A DNA stretch of 63,114 nucleotides, counting the filler, from Lenisia limosa (lineage: Eukaryota; Protista; Breviatea): assembly GCA_001655205.1 (NCBI GenBank). It is 8 parts of 8 records of this genome, joined end to end, with 100 filler letters (N's around TTAATTAATTAA, not from the genome) between each part and the next. Parts side by side here need not be neighbours in the genome. Positions count along the whole stretch, not along the records: positions 11,212 to 26,620 come from LPNZ01008969.1; positions 26,721 to 37,288 come from LPNZ01005503.1; 6 more parts are not named here. One strand, 5' to 3'. Shown here piece after piece: positions 14,201 to 27,350 of the stretch. Below the pieces are notes generated by a model. It saw only the letters and a program-made list of their open reading frames with translations. It was not told the origin of the DNA and did no database searches. The translations under genes were made by a program, and so were the position numbers. Position 1 is the stretch's first letter. Each line of letters starts with the position of its first letter.

Positions 14201-15997
14201 GTTTCACTAATCAAGAGAAATAAGTCTGTAGTTACACGGCCCCATACCTTGAACATGTCTCAACGCGTGGATTGTATCTTCAAGGTAGTTGAACATCGGG
14301 GTTCCTGGAAGCCCATCGAGAATGACCATGGCCACGTGCGGCGATTTAGCAGTTACCTAAAAGGTCATAATGGTAAATAGAAAAAAGAATTCCCTATTCA
14401 ATAAGAGTAAGCTGTGATATACCTTGCTTACCTCTGACAAAAACATATTGCCGAATCGATATACCCCCCCCCCCAANNNNNNNNNNNNNNNNNNNNNNNN
14501 NNNNNNNNNNNNNNNNNNNNNNNNNNNNNNNNNNNNNNNNNNNNNNNNNNNNNNNNNNNNNNNNNNNNNNNNNNNNNNNNNNNNNNNNNNNNNNNNNNNN
14601 NNNNNNGACGATGAAGATGAACCTCGGAACGGGATGAAGGATTTCGGAGGCTGGAGAACGGGGAGGGTGCGACCGTCGGGATTGTTAACACTGTGGAGGT
14701 CTATGAGGGCTCTGTCAGACACGGCAAGGCGACGGCGTGGCATGACGTGGATGTCTTCAACCCCGTTGCAGTCCACGTAGACCTGGGTAAGGTAACGAGG
14801 GGGGGGGGGGGTGAAGGCTCCTATGGAACAGTGGGATCAGGTGAAGAATAGGGGANNNNNNNNNNNNNNNNNNNNNNNNNNNNNNNNNNNNNNNNNNNNN
14901 NNNNNNNNNNNNNNNNNNNNNNNNNNNNNNNNNNNNNNNNNNNNNNNNNNNNNNNNNNNNNNNNNNNNNNNNNNNNNNNNNNNNNNNNNNNNNNNGAGAA
15001 TGGTTTTCATAGTTTTTTTTTTCTTCTGTTTTTTTTTGTTTAATCAAACTGGCATCACCACTTACGATATCTTCCTCAAGGAGGGGGATTGGAAATTCAT
15101 AGTTAACGTAGCTAATGTAATCGGGTGCTGAAGAGTCGGGTGACGTCTGAATGGTCAATGGGGAGAACAACACATATCATATATCATACAATATGTAGCT
15201 ATTTCAAATTTGTTTTTATACTATCCAACAATATCGAGTCTTTGTGATAGAACAAAGAGAGTAAGTGTCTGTATATTCTATTATAACCCCGCTTCACATA
15301 TCAATCACCACATGTTGCTTTCCATTGATAGTTCAACATCCCATACCTTTGACCTCGAAGACGTGACTCTCACACTCAGACGGTAAGGACACCAGACGTG
15401 CAGGTGATTGTTGATGATGGCCGAATGTTGGGCATGGAATTGCGGAGATACATAACTTGGCTAGCGGGTGATGATGGTTAATACATGCTTGCGTTATTTC
15501 ATTTGATATTTGCGTATTGTAGACTAAGTTATGCTGAGCGGGCAATATTGCGGCGTATTTATGCTAATCGTTCCGATCACAATAGATGTGATTTATANNN
15601 NNNNNNNNNNNNNNNNNNNNNNNNNNNNNNNNNNNNNNNNNNNNNNNNNNNNNNNNNNNNNNNNNNNNNNNNNNNNNNNNNNNNNNNNNNNNNNNNNNNN
15701 NNNNNNNNNNNNNNNNNNNCCCTGCCATGAACAGGTGCGATTGTTGGCTGCAAGAAGCGTGACGGAGAGCCGTGATGGGTGCGGCAATTTGTAGTATTCA
15801 GTCAAAGCAATGTCGTCTTGATCTGGCGTTGAGTCGTCAGGGTGACTGTGGGGGTCGTGATCATCACTTGTTGAGCCATCATGTCTTCCGTCGCTATGAA
15901 AGAACCATTCCGTTTGCGTGACCAGGAATAATCCTACAATGAGAAACAATGCTACTATTCCTATTTTCCACCGAAAGGGGATCGGAAGAAGCTTCAT
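11212..15997 (-). CDS. Signal-anchored protein with probable DUF229-like alkaline phosphatase/sulfatase fold and C-terminal hydrophobic segments (3'-truncated)
   Basis: N-terminus MKLLPIPFRWKIGIVALFLIVGLFLV (membrane anchor). Exons SPHVAMVILDGLPGTPMFNYLEDTIHAL, YSTFYFPHLVSIGQG, MMALICGQE and AVVDHATR resemble the ilDS.SR / y..vG.nT / sDHG.R motifs of DUF229 proteins. Hydrophobic exons lie at 11440-12110. Confidence 0.4.
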
Positions 15998-16339
15998 CTT
16001 CTAGTTATAATCGCGTCTTCATTTTTTTTCCCTACATTCTAAATTATCCGAAATATGCAATCAAAAAATACTATGTAGCTCTAAAAATGATACAGCTCTG
16101 TATGTTCTGAATTGTGTTTGATATTATGGTGATTGTAGAAATCTGTTTTTCTAATAAATACTAAGCCGCCGTAGAATCGTATCATCGAGCCAATCGTTGT
16201 ACCCCGCAGGTGGAGTAGTATATAAGTCCACTTTGTTTTTTTGCCTTCGCCTTTCATACACTAAATTAAGAGTAGCAGCTATTGTTCGTCATTTACATTA
16301 TAAAATATTAAGCTGCAATAGTTCTGCTTTACTCCAGAT

Positions 16340-17875
16340 TTTGTGAAGGGTGTGCTGCCTGGTCAGTGGTTTCAGTTTAGCTGGTAGGTTGGAGCTAATT
16401 CAGGTATTATTGGGATATATCATGGTATTACCGTTGTTTAAATCCATTTTAGTAATGTATATTCCAGTCTTATTTTAGTTCCATCTTCGTTATGCACATT
16501 TCTTCCATTCTAGAGGAATTATAGACACTATATTTATGGAATCAACTTTTTAAATTGGGAAACTACGTCTTTGCGCACTCCATCGAGTTTCTCATGTGGG
16601 GATTTTTTAGGACATCTCAACACTTAGCATTTGCGCTTTTTCTTTTCGCATGTTTATTTTATTGATCTACATTTCACTGGTTATTATTAAAGTTAATTGT
16701 GATAATAATGAAGATATTGGGTGACATTTCTAGTGACATTCCAGAGTACAAAAGAAGGGACATCATGTCACAACCCACTACAAACGAAGACTTTAGGTGG
16801 GTTGAAGATGTGTTGGGGAAAATTTAGATTTAATTTCATATGAACTTATCCCGTTTAATTGGAGGGGTATTGTGGTTTTCTTGAACCAGTGCATCATATC
16901 ATTCTTTCTTTCTTTTTGTTGTTTAGGGAAAGGAAGGTACATTGTTTTTGTTTATACCCCAAAGTAGCCCCTTCAGATTGTATGGATCCTAAGCTAAACC
17001 ATATAGGGGGGTGAGGACACGAAAACAGCAGGGCTTATCAAAAACGGAGGCAAAAAAGAGGGCAGTTGCTATCGATGATGGTTGGGGGTGTTCATATGGA
17101 CTTTCACCTTCCCATGCTCTCTCCAACATTATGATTGTAATTGTGAATGACGATATCATTCAGAGTAAGAACTTTCATATTGTAAGAACTTTCATATTGT
17201 ATTTGGTGGGTAGCAATCAGGTTGTTTCAGGAAAATAAATCTTTCTTTTTTGTTTCTACATGTCATATATAAATAATTCAAATATTACTGTATGATTTTA
17301 CACAATTACGCATATTATCAGTTTCTCGTTTCGTCATGTACTATCATATGTTGTACAATTATTAATATATTACTATATCATCATATGATATGTATGATCT
17401 CACATGATCAGCGCCATTGCTATGCGCGCAATGTGGCGAACCAGCTATGGTGGGCGGTGGGCGAAGACGATTCCTCTGCGACTGCCAAAGACAGAAAAAG
17501 CGGCCGGTGCGGCAAACCAAGCCGAAAGGTGGGTGAAGGGGACATCTTGCGCTACCATATTTATTGAAGGGAGTAGTAATGACAAACGTGTGGGTGAAGG
17601 GTGTTGGTACTTTGTTATTCTCTTTCCTTGAATTAAACAACTGATTGTGGTTTTCATGATTTATCCCATAACATCGTCGGATACCGTCACGCAATTTATA
17701 TCATCGATATTCGATGATGATCAGACACTGTGTAACAACAAAAGTGTTTCCCACTCATTGAAAGTTGTGTTAAAAGATACTCTCATTTGCCCTTTTTTTG
17801 ATAAGTGGCAAACTCTTTACTTTTCAGGCCCTTCAGAGCCCAAGGTGGTACGAAGACGAAGTACTATACTGGTGG
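16340..17875 (+). CDS. Possible multi-exon gene, unidentified
   Basis: Several AG-exon-GT blocks (e.g. DIPEYKRRDIMSQPTTNEDFR at ~16735-16795; GC-rich block at 17412-17528). No recognisable motif. Confidence 0.25.
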
Positions 17876-18395
17876 GTGGATGTGATTGAGAAAAAGTATT
17901 TCAGCTTACTATTTAATGCCCTTGTTTTCTCATTTCTACATAGTAATTAATTCCCTAGGTTGATGCGGAGACGCAGACAATGCCCGTTGTTTTTGCATGA
18001 TTATGTTGGTTTTATGGTTTTGGTTTCTAGCAGAGGGAAGTAAGTCCCATAGCTGCGTTCTACTGTGATGGAGTAGTTGTTTCTTTTTAATGTATTTTAG
18101 TTTATAGTCATTGAAGCAAAACAAGTACAAGTACATAAAAATACAACCTACATACAAACCTAACATCATACCACCTATCTTTTACTAGAAGAGGCTCTAG
18201 ATTTTTTCTTTGGTTCTTCCTGGACAAAAGTCAGACAATTCTCATGTTTCTTTCAGTCATATTTATATAATGTATGGCCACCAAGTATCCAATAAAAGTA
18301 TCTTGGTGGGACTTCACCAAAAAAATAGCTATCTTGTTCATCAAGAGTTCTCATCATTCCCCTTGTGAGTGGCATTCTGGTGATGCTGCTTCTGT

Positions 18396-20296
18396 TTACT
18401 CCCTAATATATCTCAGCTAACAGATAATATCGTGGGTTTTGACCCCCCCCCCTACTTCTTCTGAGAAATCGGAGTCGTCATCGCTGTTTTCATCCTTCAT
18501 CTCAGCCCTCTGGGAAAGGTAAATGTCCAAATATATTGATATTAAGATCCATTCAAATGAACACAAAACTACATAATGAGGATGAGACACTCGCATATTT
18601 TATCGATTTTACAGCAGTTCCTTTAGCTCAGAAAGCCCCCCCCTCCCTTGTGATTTATGTGGGGATCTGTGCTGTTGAGGTATGGGGAGAACTTCCAGGC
18701 AGCATGTGCACCCCCCCACTCTTTCACGAGCGGCCTTGTTTCTTGACTCCAAAGTGACCATGTCAATAAGGTGCTGGTGGATCAAAAAAGGAATGCAATA
18801 ACCACTCCCATTATTGAGCAAATGATACAATATATACCTTCACTGTGCAAGGAATTATAATACCCCCGCCCCCCACTTCTGCTTCTTCGTCCACGTCAAT
18901 TTCATCAGGGATGGGGGCGATACGCGAGAACTCCGACAGGCACCGTGCGTGATAGGCCACTTCTGCGTGAATATAGGCCTTTGTCACTGCCTGGTGTGTG
19001 TGGGGGGGGGGGGGNNNNNNNNNNNNNNNNNNNNNNNNNNNNNNNNNNNNNNNNNNNNNNNNNNNNNNNNNNNNNNNNNNNNNNNNNNNNNNNNNNNNNN
19101 NNNNNNNAAAAAAACCCTCTGAGATAGTTTCAACATGTAGTTGCTGAATCATTATTATTCCCCTAACAGTCACCTCTAAAAATCGAAATGAATTATGATT
19201 GCTTTGGTAAGGACAGCCTTTCACGTATCTCATTTCCACAAGACAGAACCAAAAGCACAAGGGTTACAAACCCCTTCAAACCTTGCAATCTTTGATCTTA
19301 TTGATCTCAAAATCCTCCAAGCTTGTTTGGAGAGTCTTTTAAGTAAATGAAAAGAAAAAACACAGCTACAATTGCTGAAAAAAAACCCTTAAGAAATAGT
19401 GTAAATATCCAAGTAATTAAAATAATAAAAATACGAGAGAGCTCCCATTTCCTACCTTATTCAAGTTGTTCAGCTCAGTGGTGGCGTAATTTACTTCGGA
19501 TTGGAGCTGGTTTAACTAAAATACGAGAAGTTAGAAATGATTGAAAAACAGCAAGAAAATAAATACGACGGAACCTCCTTGCCCACCTTTCCAGCGTCAG
19601 TACCGCCCTTCTGTGAGTACTTCTTGAATGCAGCCTGTTTTTTGGACAACTTTGTCACGGCTTTTTCACGGTCTTTCAAGACCATCTAACATATAATACA
19701 TTGGTTTGGAAGGGGAAAAGGTTGTTGGGCACCATAGGAAGCCAGCAATGACACGTCACGCTCAATATATTCCACTCACCTTAGTCCTGGAAGCAATTTC
19801 CTCATATTTGCGAATGACATCCAAGACAAATGCGTGAATTTGGTCGAACTGGCGGGTCAAAAACATTGCCAATAACAACTCCATAAAAAGAGCCAGTGCC
19901 AAAAAACTGAAATGAGAAGTCACGCTTAATACCGCAAACTTTCGCCTGTGAATATGTGGTACTCTTCAATACCGCAGCAGAAAGTTCAGTAAAGCTCTTC
20001 TGTATGCCTGGGCCGTTATCAAAAAGAAGACACTTTCATGATCAAGACGTTACGCCAACCGGGAGTTTCTTGGTCTGCATAAAAACGAAAGGTCTCTGAG
20101 AGGCGATCTTCTTTAATTTGAAGACCTGCGCAATTAGGGAAAGCCACAAAGAATGCTTCATACGTTTGATATTCCTCAAAACGGATGCCAAGTGGAGGAA
20201 AATCATCTCAAAATTAACGTTAACATTGTCAACTTTATCATTTAAGTACTTTTCGCGTTCCAAAACCTGCGTAACACTCAAGTTGCTAGAACTCAT
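18396..20296 (-). CDS. FAM92: FAM92/CIBAR-like BAR-domain ciliary protein
   Basis: Exons VLEREKYLNDKVDNVNVNFEMIF..., RALLNFSAAVLKSTTYSQAKV, FDQIHAFVLDVIRKYEEIASRTK, LEDFEINKIKDCK and AVTKAYIHAEVAYHARCLSEFSRIAPIPDEIDVDEE follow the FAM92 BAR order (LMNFADE / FERQKMKDIK / EMLFHGKALE...IDEDEDLE). Confidence 0.72.
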
Positions 20297-20589
20297 AGTA
20301 AACTGATGCGGGTTTTTCTAATCCCTTCCTAGTGATATGATATAAGTTTACGTATTTATCCTTTTAAAGTGTGTAGCAGAACGATTTTCCCCCCAAAAAT
20401 GTACACCTATTAATTTCGAAAGATATCGATATTTGTTTCGAGCATTTTAGTGTTTTCAACATTTACAAATAGTCTTTTTATCACCGCTGAAGTTCAGAAA
20501 GAGGAGTTGTGCCTTATAGTTATATAGATTTAAGCTATTCTAAAGTTTAAATAAGTTATAGGTGTTTTTATATATTCCGTTAAGCCACG
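20297..20589. promoter_or_regulatory. Putative bidirectional promoter (~290 bp) between the FAM92-like and URB1 genes
   Basis: Divergent start codons at 20296 (-) and 20590 (+) flank an AT-rich interval. Inferred from geometry only. Confidence 0.45.
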
Positions 20590-23500
20590 ATGGGGGACAG
20601 GGCTGCCTCTAGAATGACCCTAAATGAGGTTTTAGGAAAGATAAACTCCGGAAATGACGAAAGCATTGTTGATGGTAAGTTCAAGCCATGCACCATCACC
20701 TTATCCCTCCCCCCTCATCCTTCTAGGTCTTAAGCCTCTGCAAGTCAGTATGTTTGCGTACTACAGAGCGAAGTTTGGTGAAGTCAGCGCTGCCAAGCAG
20801 AAATCAACCGTTCCTGAAGAAGATAGTGATCTTGATGATTGGCGTGAGGACTCCGAAGAAGAGTCCGAAGACGAAAAAGACAAAATTGAAGACTTAGAAG
20901 AGGCTAAGATGGGAAGACAAGGGAGGGTTGCAATTGAAGACACCAGGCTTGCCAAGAATTACATTGAGTCATCCCCAAACCTGATTGAGCTTGTCAAGCT
21001 CATTACTCGCGATGATATTGTTAGCATGGGGATGAATGTGTTTATTTCAACATATGGACCTAAATAGTCATATAATGGCTTTACAACACACTTTTTTTTA
21101 AAAAAAATAGTTGTGTTGCACTACCCAATGTTATAAATTATTGTCATAGAACATATCATATATGATATAGTAGGTAGCAAATGTGAATAAGTTCATATTA
21201 CTAGGTAATTTGTGTTAGCTTATTATGCATCATAGAGTTGCCATTTTATCCCATATCACTTGTCATCACTCCCACAGGCAAACATTCCCTCAGCTCAGAC
21301 CATGTCACTCAACTGCTTCGCGTGTGGAGTGCGCGTGCTGGCGCTCACCATCCACGGCAAACCTCGTGCCGGCCTCATTTCATTGGCTAGAAAGGTTGGC
21401 TTTCTCAATTGCTTAATTCTCGACATTTCCCCCAGAAAATATGTGAATTGGCCTGTTCCATATCAAAGACTATTCTGTTATTTGTCACCATTTCCAGGAT
21501 TTTCCTTATTTATATATATGTCTGTTCGCACATAACTCTTCAGAACTACAAGGTCATGGAGCCGCTCCTCACCAAATGGCTTGTCTCTAACCTGCCTCAG
21601 GCCGCTATGGTAGGCACGTGCCAAAGCAGCTTGGTATCTGTTTTGAAACAGAGTTTCACATATATTCATCCTTGATGGCTACTGTATTCTTTTTGAATTT
21701 TCTGCTGGGACTACAAAAATGCGCAGGATGTGAGATATCCAGCCAGCTTCATGTACCATCCTTCATCCGCTCCTCTCAGAAATTTGTATTTTCCATTTAA
21801 ATCGACAGGCTTGCCTCCGAGTATTGACCGCGTTTGTTGAAACTGGACCCGCAGTTGCCGGTGAAATCCTCAGAACGTTCAACTTCGCAATTGACGTAGG
21901 GCGTTGCTGTCTTCTAATTTGGCTTTGACCAGATACTCCCGTATAATTACATGATTAGGACGGATTCTAAATCCCTATATCATATATTTGATATCATTTA
22001 TACAAATTTTGACAAAGAAAGCCGAATAAAATGTCTGTTTCCAATGTGCTTTGTGCTGACTTAATAGGGTTTCGAGAGGCTCGGATCCTGGTTCGCCAAA
22101 GACCGCAAAAGTAGGATCAAGGCCAGTATACATGAAAAGGCTGTTAAAAGAGTCCCCATATGGGCTTGTGGCTGACATTTTAGACGCAGACGTCCGGGCA
22201 ACATTCGTGGACTTCTTCCTGGCCTTTGTCAAGCTCGAAAGATCCTCTGTGATGAAGGTATGGCTGTGGGTTTTTCTCCTTGTTGATATTCGGCTGGGTG
22301 TTTATACTCCTGCTTCTCCATTGTCGTTTCGCCGTGCATTTATTAGTTATTATCCATTATCCAATAACCCTGTAGGTTCTTGCCACTACACGGCACCTTG
22401 TGGACCCGATTTTCAAGTTCTTGGAGAAGGACGAGGAACAGTGAGGGGGGGTACTTTGGAAGCAGGAAAATCAGCCCAAGTCAAGACTGGAATCCTTGGA
22501 ACATTATTCAGTACATACTATTTTAATTGTCATAACGATAAATATTGATTTGATATGTTTTGCGCCAAAGTGAAGCTCAACCCCTGATAACCCTGCAGAG
22601 CCTCACGTACTTTGTGGTGGCTTCACACGGCGCTGTTCAACTCGAAGGCCATCCCCTCTCAGGACAAGGCGGTCTTTGTCAACTCCCATGTAGCACGAAC
22701 TGTGGGTGTTGTTTTGAATTTTTAGAAATCGTGAAACAACTTCCGCCTGGTGCAACCTTTTTTATTTATTGATTCTTTCTTGTATTGTACAACATAATGT
22801 TATAATCTGTACATTCATGATATATCGATATGATATTATTTAAACAGTATTAATTTGATATCCAGTCAATTCATTTCTTTCAGTTGGCACGGCTCCATTC
22901 CTCCTCTATTCCCAAAGTCTCAAACTTCAGTGGTATGGGGGCTTCATATTCTTTCAAAACAGAATAGCACAATACATGTCAGTTGAGAATGTGCTGTGGA
23001 ATTGTACATGTACCACTTTGGTGCACTGTCCTCTGGTATCTACATAGGTTAATGATGTTTGGCCAACAGAGATGATATATTGGGGTTTTTTTTACCACTC
23101 CAGGCTTTATCCTCGACCGTATTGCTGTCAACCCCAAGACCAGAATCTGGGGCAAAACCCGAATGTAAGCTTCATAATCACAAGCACAATACCATTTGTT
23201 ATCATGTCTGTGGACTTTCACCGAAATTCACTCTCAATATCCGTTATAATTGTGGTACTATGAACCACTTCGATAAAATAGTATTGACAAGTGTAAAGTT
23301 TAAGTAATGTTATTGATTCACCCCCCCCCCCCTATTGATGTTGTAATACCCATTAACCACAATAGCGTTGGTACCAAGCGCATTGAGCAAATGTCCCTCA
23401 ACAAAGGTCATCCCCTCATTGGCCTCCTATCAAGCCTTCAGGTGGGGGGGTCTATTTGGGAACGTCAATGTTGTTCTGAATCAGATGTATCATAATCTCA

Positions 23501-26500
23501 TGTTACTTATCACATCCGTTGTTTTTTGTCAATGTTGGTGAGAACACTGTTAGTCGTCACCCCATGGTACACTGTATCCCCAAAGACACTTTTTGATTCT
23601 GCAGCATTTGTGGCACATCCCATCCAGAGCCCTTTTGAAGGAAATTCTCAAGATCTACCCTGAAGCTATCCCGGCGTATGCTACCTTCTTGTCATGACGT
23701 CATTTGTGCCCTCTTTTATTGACAAATCTATGTACCTCTAGATTTTTTTTGATGTTTTTTTTTTCTCACCCCCCCCCCCAGGTTCTGCGAGTGTCTGACT
23801 CTGACTCTTGCCCCTCGCAACTCCAAAATGTGGCTTGCCGGCGTGGACCTTCTGAAGGACCTGGCCACTTTGGATCCACCACGTGACACCACCGGCACGC
23901 CCCTTGGTGGGGGGGGGGTATTGTATAGCTAATTATATAACTGAATGGGCTTCACTTCGGTTCGAAAATAGACTGAGTTTCTCGATAAATCCTCGAAAAC
24001 TATCGATATTTTACCGGTCTTTTTCGAACCGAAGTGGAGCCCTAATTATATACCTGAATGGGAGGGGTAGTTATAACTCAGTATCACCCAAGAGGGAAGT
24101 ATTGTTATAAACCTCCGTGAATGAAGGTCTTTTCACTGCTAGTACCTGATGCGATCTGATTGTAATCCAATATCGCTTATAAGCGTGATGGTATGGACGT
24201 CTTCGGCCAGATACTAGTTTTATTTCCCATTTTGTCCTAACTCCTTGGCAGAGTGGCAGCAGCTTGCACTTGCGTGTTGCATTCCTCAGAACATAACGTC
24301 CCACGATTTTAGTAGGCAAATGACAAGGATGTTTGGCATGCGACTGAATTGTATTTTAGGGGAGCAGGGTACTAGATACATGTATATACATATAATACAT
24401 ATAAATAGTACTAGCTATATGATATACTATATAGTATATATTATACTATTAAGAAATGATTACATTTTTTTTTTTTTTTTTTTTTTNNNNNNNNNNNNNN
24501 NNNNNNNNNNNNNNNNNNNNNNNNNNNNNNNNNNNNNNNNNNNNNNNNNNNNNNNNCCTCTCATCACCCTTCATAATACCCCCATAGACCCAAGTCTATT
24601 TTTTTGTGTTTGTGTACGAATTATTATCAATTTCTTCTTCGTTTTACCGTACCCTGGGAATTGTTCAACCCTTGTGTGTTGTCAGCCTTTTTGTTTCGTA
24701 TTTTTTCTTCGCTTTACCCCCTCCTCCCCGCAGCTGCCGCCATCAACCATGCCGACCTCTCTCTAAGCACTCCTTCCATCGCGCTCCTTGGACAGATCCT
24801 CCAGAAGGTCAAGGCCACCCTCAACATGGCCCCAACTGAAGAGGTGGGTGGTGTTCTGGATAATGTGGTGTGGGGAGAAGTTGCTAAATTTTGTTGGGTA
24901 GATTTTGACTGAACGCATCACCAACGAGAAGTCTAGAATCAAATGAATTATATGCAGTACAGGAGTATAATATCAAGAACAGGAAGTATAGACGAAGAAT
25001 AGAGTTCAGTAGCAATGTCCTTTATTTGGCCAAATATCGTATACCACCCCAGAAGCCAACATCACCCTCTAGATCAAGGAGAACCTCGTGACGTCATGCC
25101 TTGGCCGCCTCCCAGCCATCTCTGACGTGTTCCACATGACCGCGAAAGTGGCCTCCGCAGCCTACGCCGCCGAACTGGCAATCACACCCGATGCCGCCGC
25201 CGTCATGAGAGTGGAGAAGAAGGACNNNNNNNNNNNNNNNNNNNNNNNNNNNNNNNNNNNNNNNNNNNNNNNNNNNNNNNNNNNNNNNNNNNNNNNNNNN
25301 NNNNNNNNNNNNNNNNNNNNNNNNNNNNNNNNNNNNNNNNNNNNNNNNNNNNNNNNNNNNNNNNNNNNNNNNNNNNNNNNNGTTTGGTAATGGACTGGAT
25401 CAGGGTGTTGAAAAGTGAATATAATGGCGTTATGTCTCTTCTTTCATATGAGGATAGGAGTGTATCACAATTGTTTCCTCTTTGTTTGTAATATCTGCTC
25501 TCGCATTCCCTAATATATAAACATGTAAAATATGCATATCATTTTATATATACTACTCTATAAGATCAAACGTGATGACGTGGAAGGTTTTGGCAGATCC
25601 TCCCTTTTTATATCTCTGAATATGATATGATACTGATGTCCATATATGATAGATTCACCCCACTTATGTAACCCTCTAGCCTGGCAGTTGCCGCTCTCAA
25701 AATCGCTCAGATGCCATGGGACCCCTTCTGGTGGAAAGGAAGAAGTGGGAAGGGCGATTCTGGTGCCTCCAGCTATTTCTACGTTCAATATCGCTCACAG
25801 TGTCACCCTTTTCTCTTGATTTCGAAATCAACCCTCGATAAATAACGATATTTCCCTCTTCCATCACCCCCCAGACGCCGGCTCGAAGCGGACGCACCTT
25901 GAAGCCTTCATGGCTGCCTTGGCCACGCCCTCCAAGGTCCTGGTCACAACCCTCAGACAGATCATTGGCCTGTCGTTCCAGAAGGTGGAAGGGCTTGGTT
26001 TCTCTTATCGATGGGGGTCCACATGGATATTGGATTATACTAGTATACTATTAATTCACCCAATCATTTACTATCAATGGATAGGTAGAAATAAAATACA
26101 GCGATACAAAAGAGACCATGAGAATTAGTAAGGAGAACGCTCCTTCTTGACATCTACCTTCAGCTTGAATCCGGGGGGGGGGGTCTTTATGCTTGGTTTA
26201 AACAGATATCTCTATTTTGCCCAAAAGAGTTTGTTTTACTATTTCAAGATTTAGCTGCCAGAGTTGTTTATTTTGTGTTGCTTTTTCTTACCCCTTCCCC
26301 CTTAGGCGTTGAACATCCAGGAAGGCTCTTCTGAGGTCCATCTCTGGCTCTCCGNNNNNNNNNNNNNNNNNNNNNNNNNNNNNNNNNNNNNNNNNNNNNN
26401 NNNNNNNNNNNNNNNNNNNNNNNNNNNNNNNNNNNNNNNNNNNNNNNNNNNNNNNNNNNNNNNNNNNNNNNNNNNNNNNNATGGAGTTGAGTTCCTAATA

Positions 26501-26620
26501 AGGTTTAACAACATGCATTTAACTCCTAAAATATGGTTCATCAAGAGATTACACCTCGATACCATACCTTATTGTTAGAGCGAGTCATCAAATGAATAGG
26601 GTCATTTTTTATATCTCGGA
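20590..26620 (+). CDS. URB1: URB1/Npa1 nucleolar pre-ribosomal-associated protein 1 (3'-truncated at contig end)
   Basis: KNYIESSPNLIELVKL, ACLRVLTAFVETGPAVAGEILRTFNFA, DVRATFVDFFLAFVK, DKAVFVNSH, CCIPQNITSHDFSR and RLPAISDV match Npa1 N-terminal motifs in order. Confidence 0.68.
23947..24044. mobile_element. MITE family M1a copy (hAT-like), flanked by an atypical 21-bp direct repeat
   Basis: GGGCTTCACTTCGGTTCGAAAA...TTTTCGAACCGAAGTGGAGCCCTA inside a URB1 intron. Confidence 0.85.
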
Positions 26621-26720
26621 NNNNNNNNNNNNNNNNNNNNNNNNNNNNNNNNNNNNNNNNNNNNTTAATTAATTAANNNNNNNNNNNNNNNNNNNNNNNN
26701 NNNNNNNNNNNNNNNNNNNN
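26621..26720. other. Artificial contig spacer 2
   Basis: 44 N + TTAATTAATTAA + 44 N. Confidence 0.98.
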
Positions 26721-27350
26721 GGGGGGGGGGGACATTATGTATTACTTTTGCTGGGGAGGCACGCAGAAAGCTGTGTACACAGAGTTGTAAGGCAAATGTT
26801 TGGGTGAATTATTAAATTCAATATCTCTTATAGCGTGATGGTGTGGACAGCTTCTTTCAGATAGTATAATCCAATATATCGATATGATTTATTGTATAAG
26901 CGTGGGTTGTGGGGTTTCGTTTTTGTTCATTTTATTAAATTGTCCATTTACCCCCCCCCCCCGCACGNNNNNNNNNNNNNNNNNNNNNNNNNNNNNNNNN
27001 NNNNNNNNNNNNNNNNNNNNNNNNNNNNNNNNNNNNNNNNNNNNNNNNNNNNNNNNNNNNNNNNNNNNNNNNNNNNNNNNNNNNNNNNNNNNNNNNNNGA
27101 ACAATAATGGCCTCAAACGAGCCTTGTCAAGTTGTGGCCGAATGGGCAAAAAAACAGGGAAAAATTTAAAAAAAAATCACTAAAAATAATCAATTAAAAG
27201 CACGCTCAAGTTTAAAAGTTAGGATTATGGTTGTATTTCTTGAAGGATTGTATTGTGGTGAATGGTTTATTGAGGTTTGTTATTCATGCTGTTTTCTTTC
27301 GTGGTATCGAGGGGAATAAAGCTGTACAGACTATTGTATATATTATTAAA

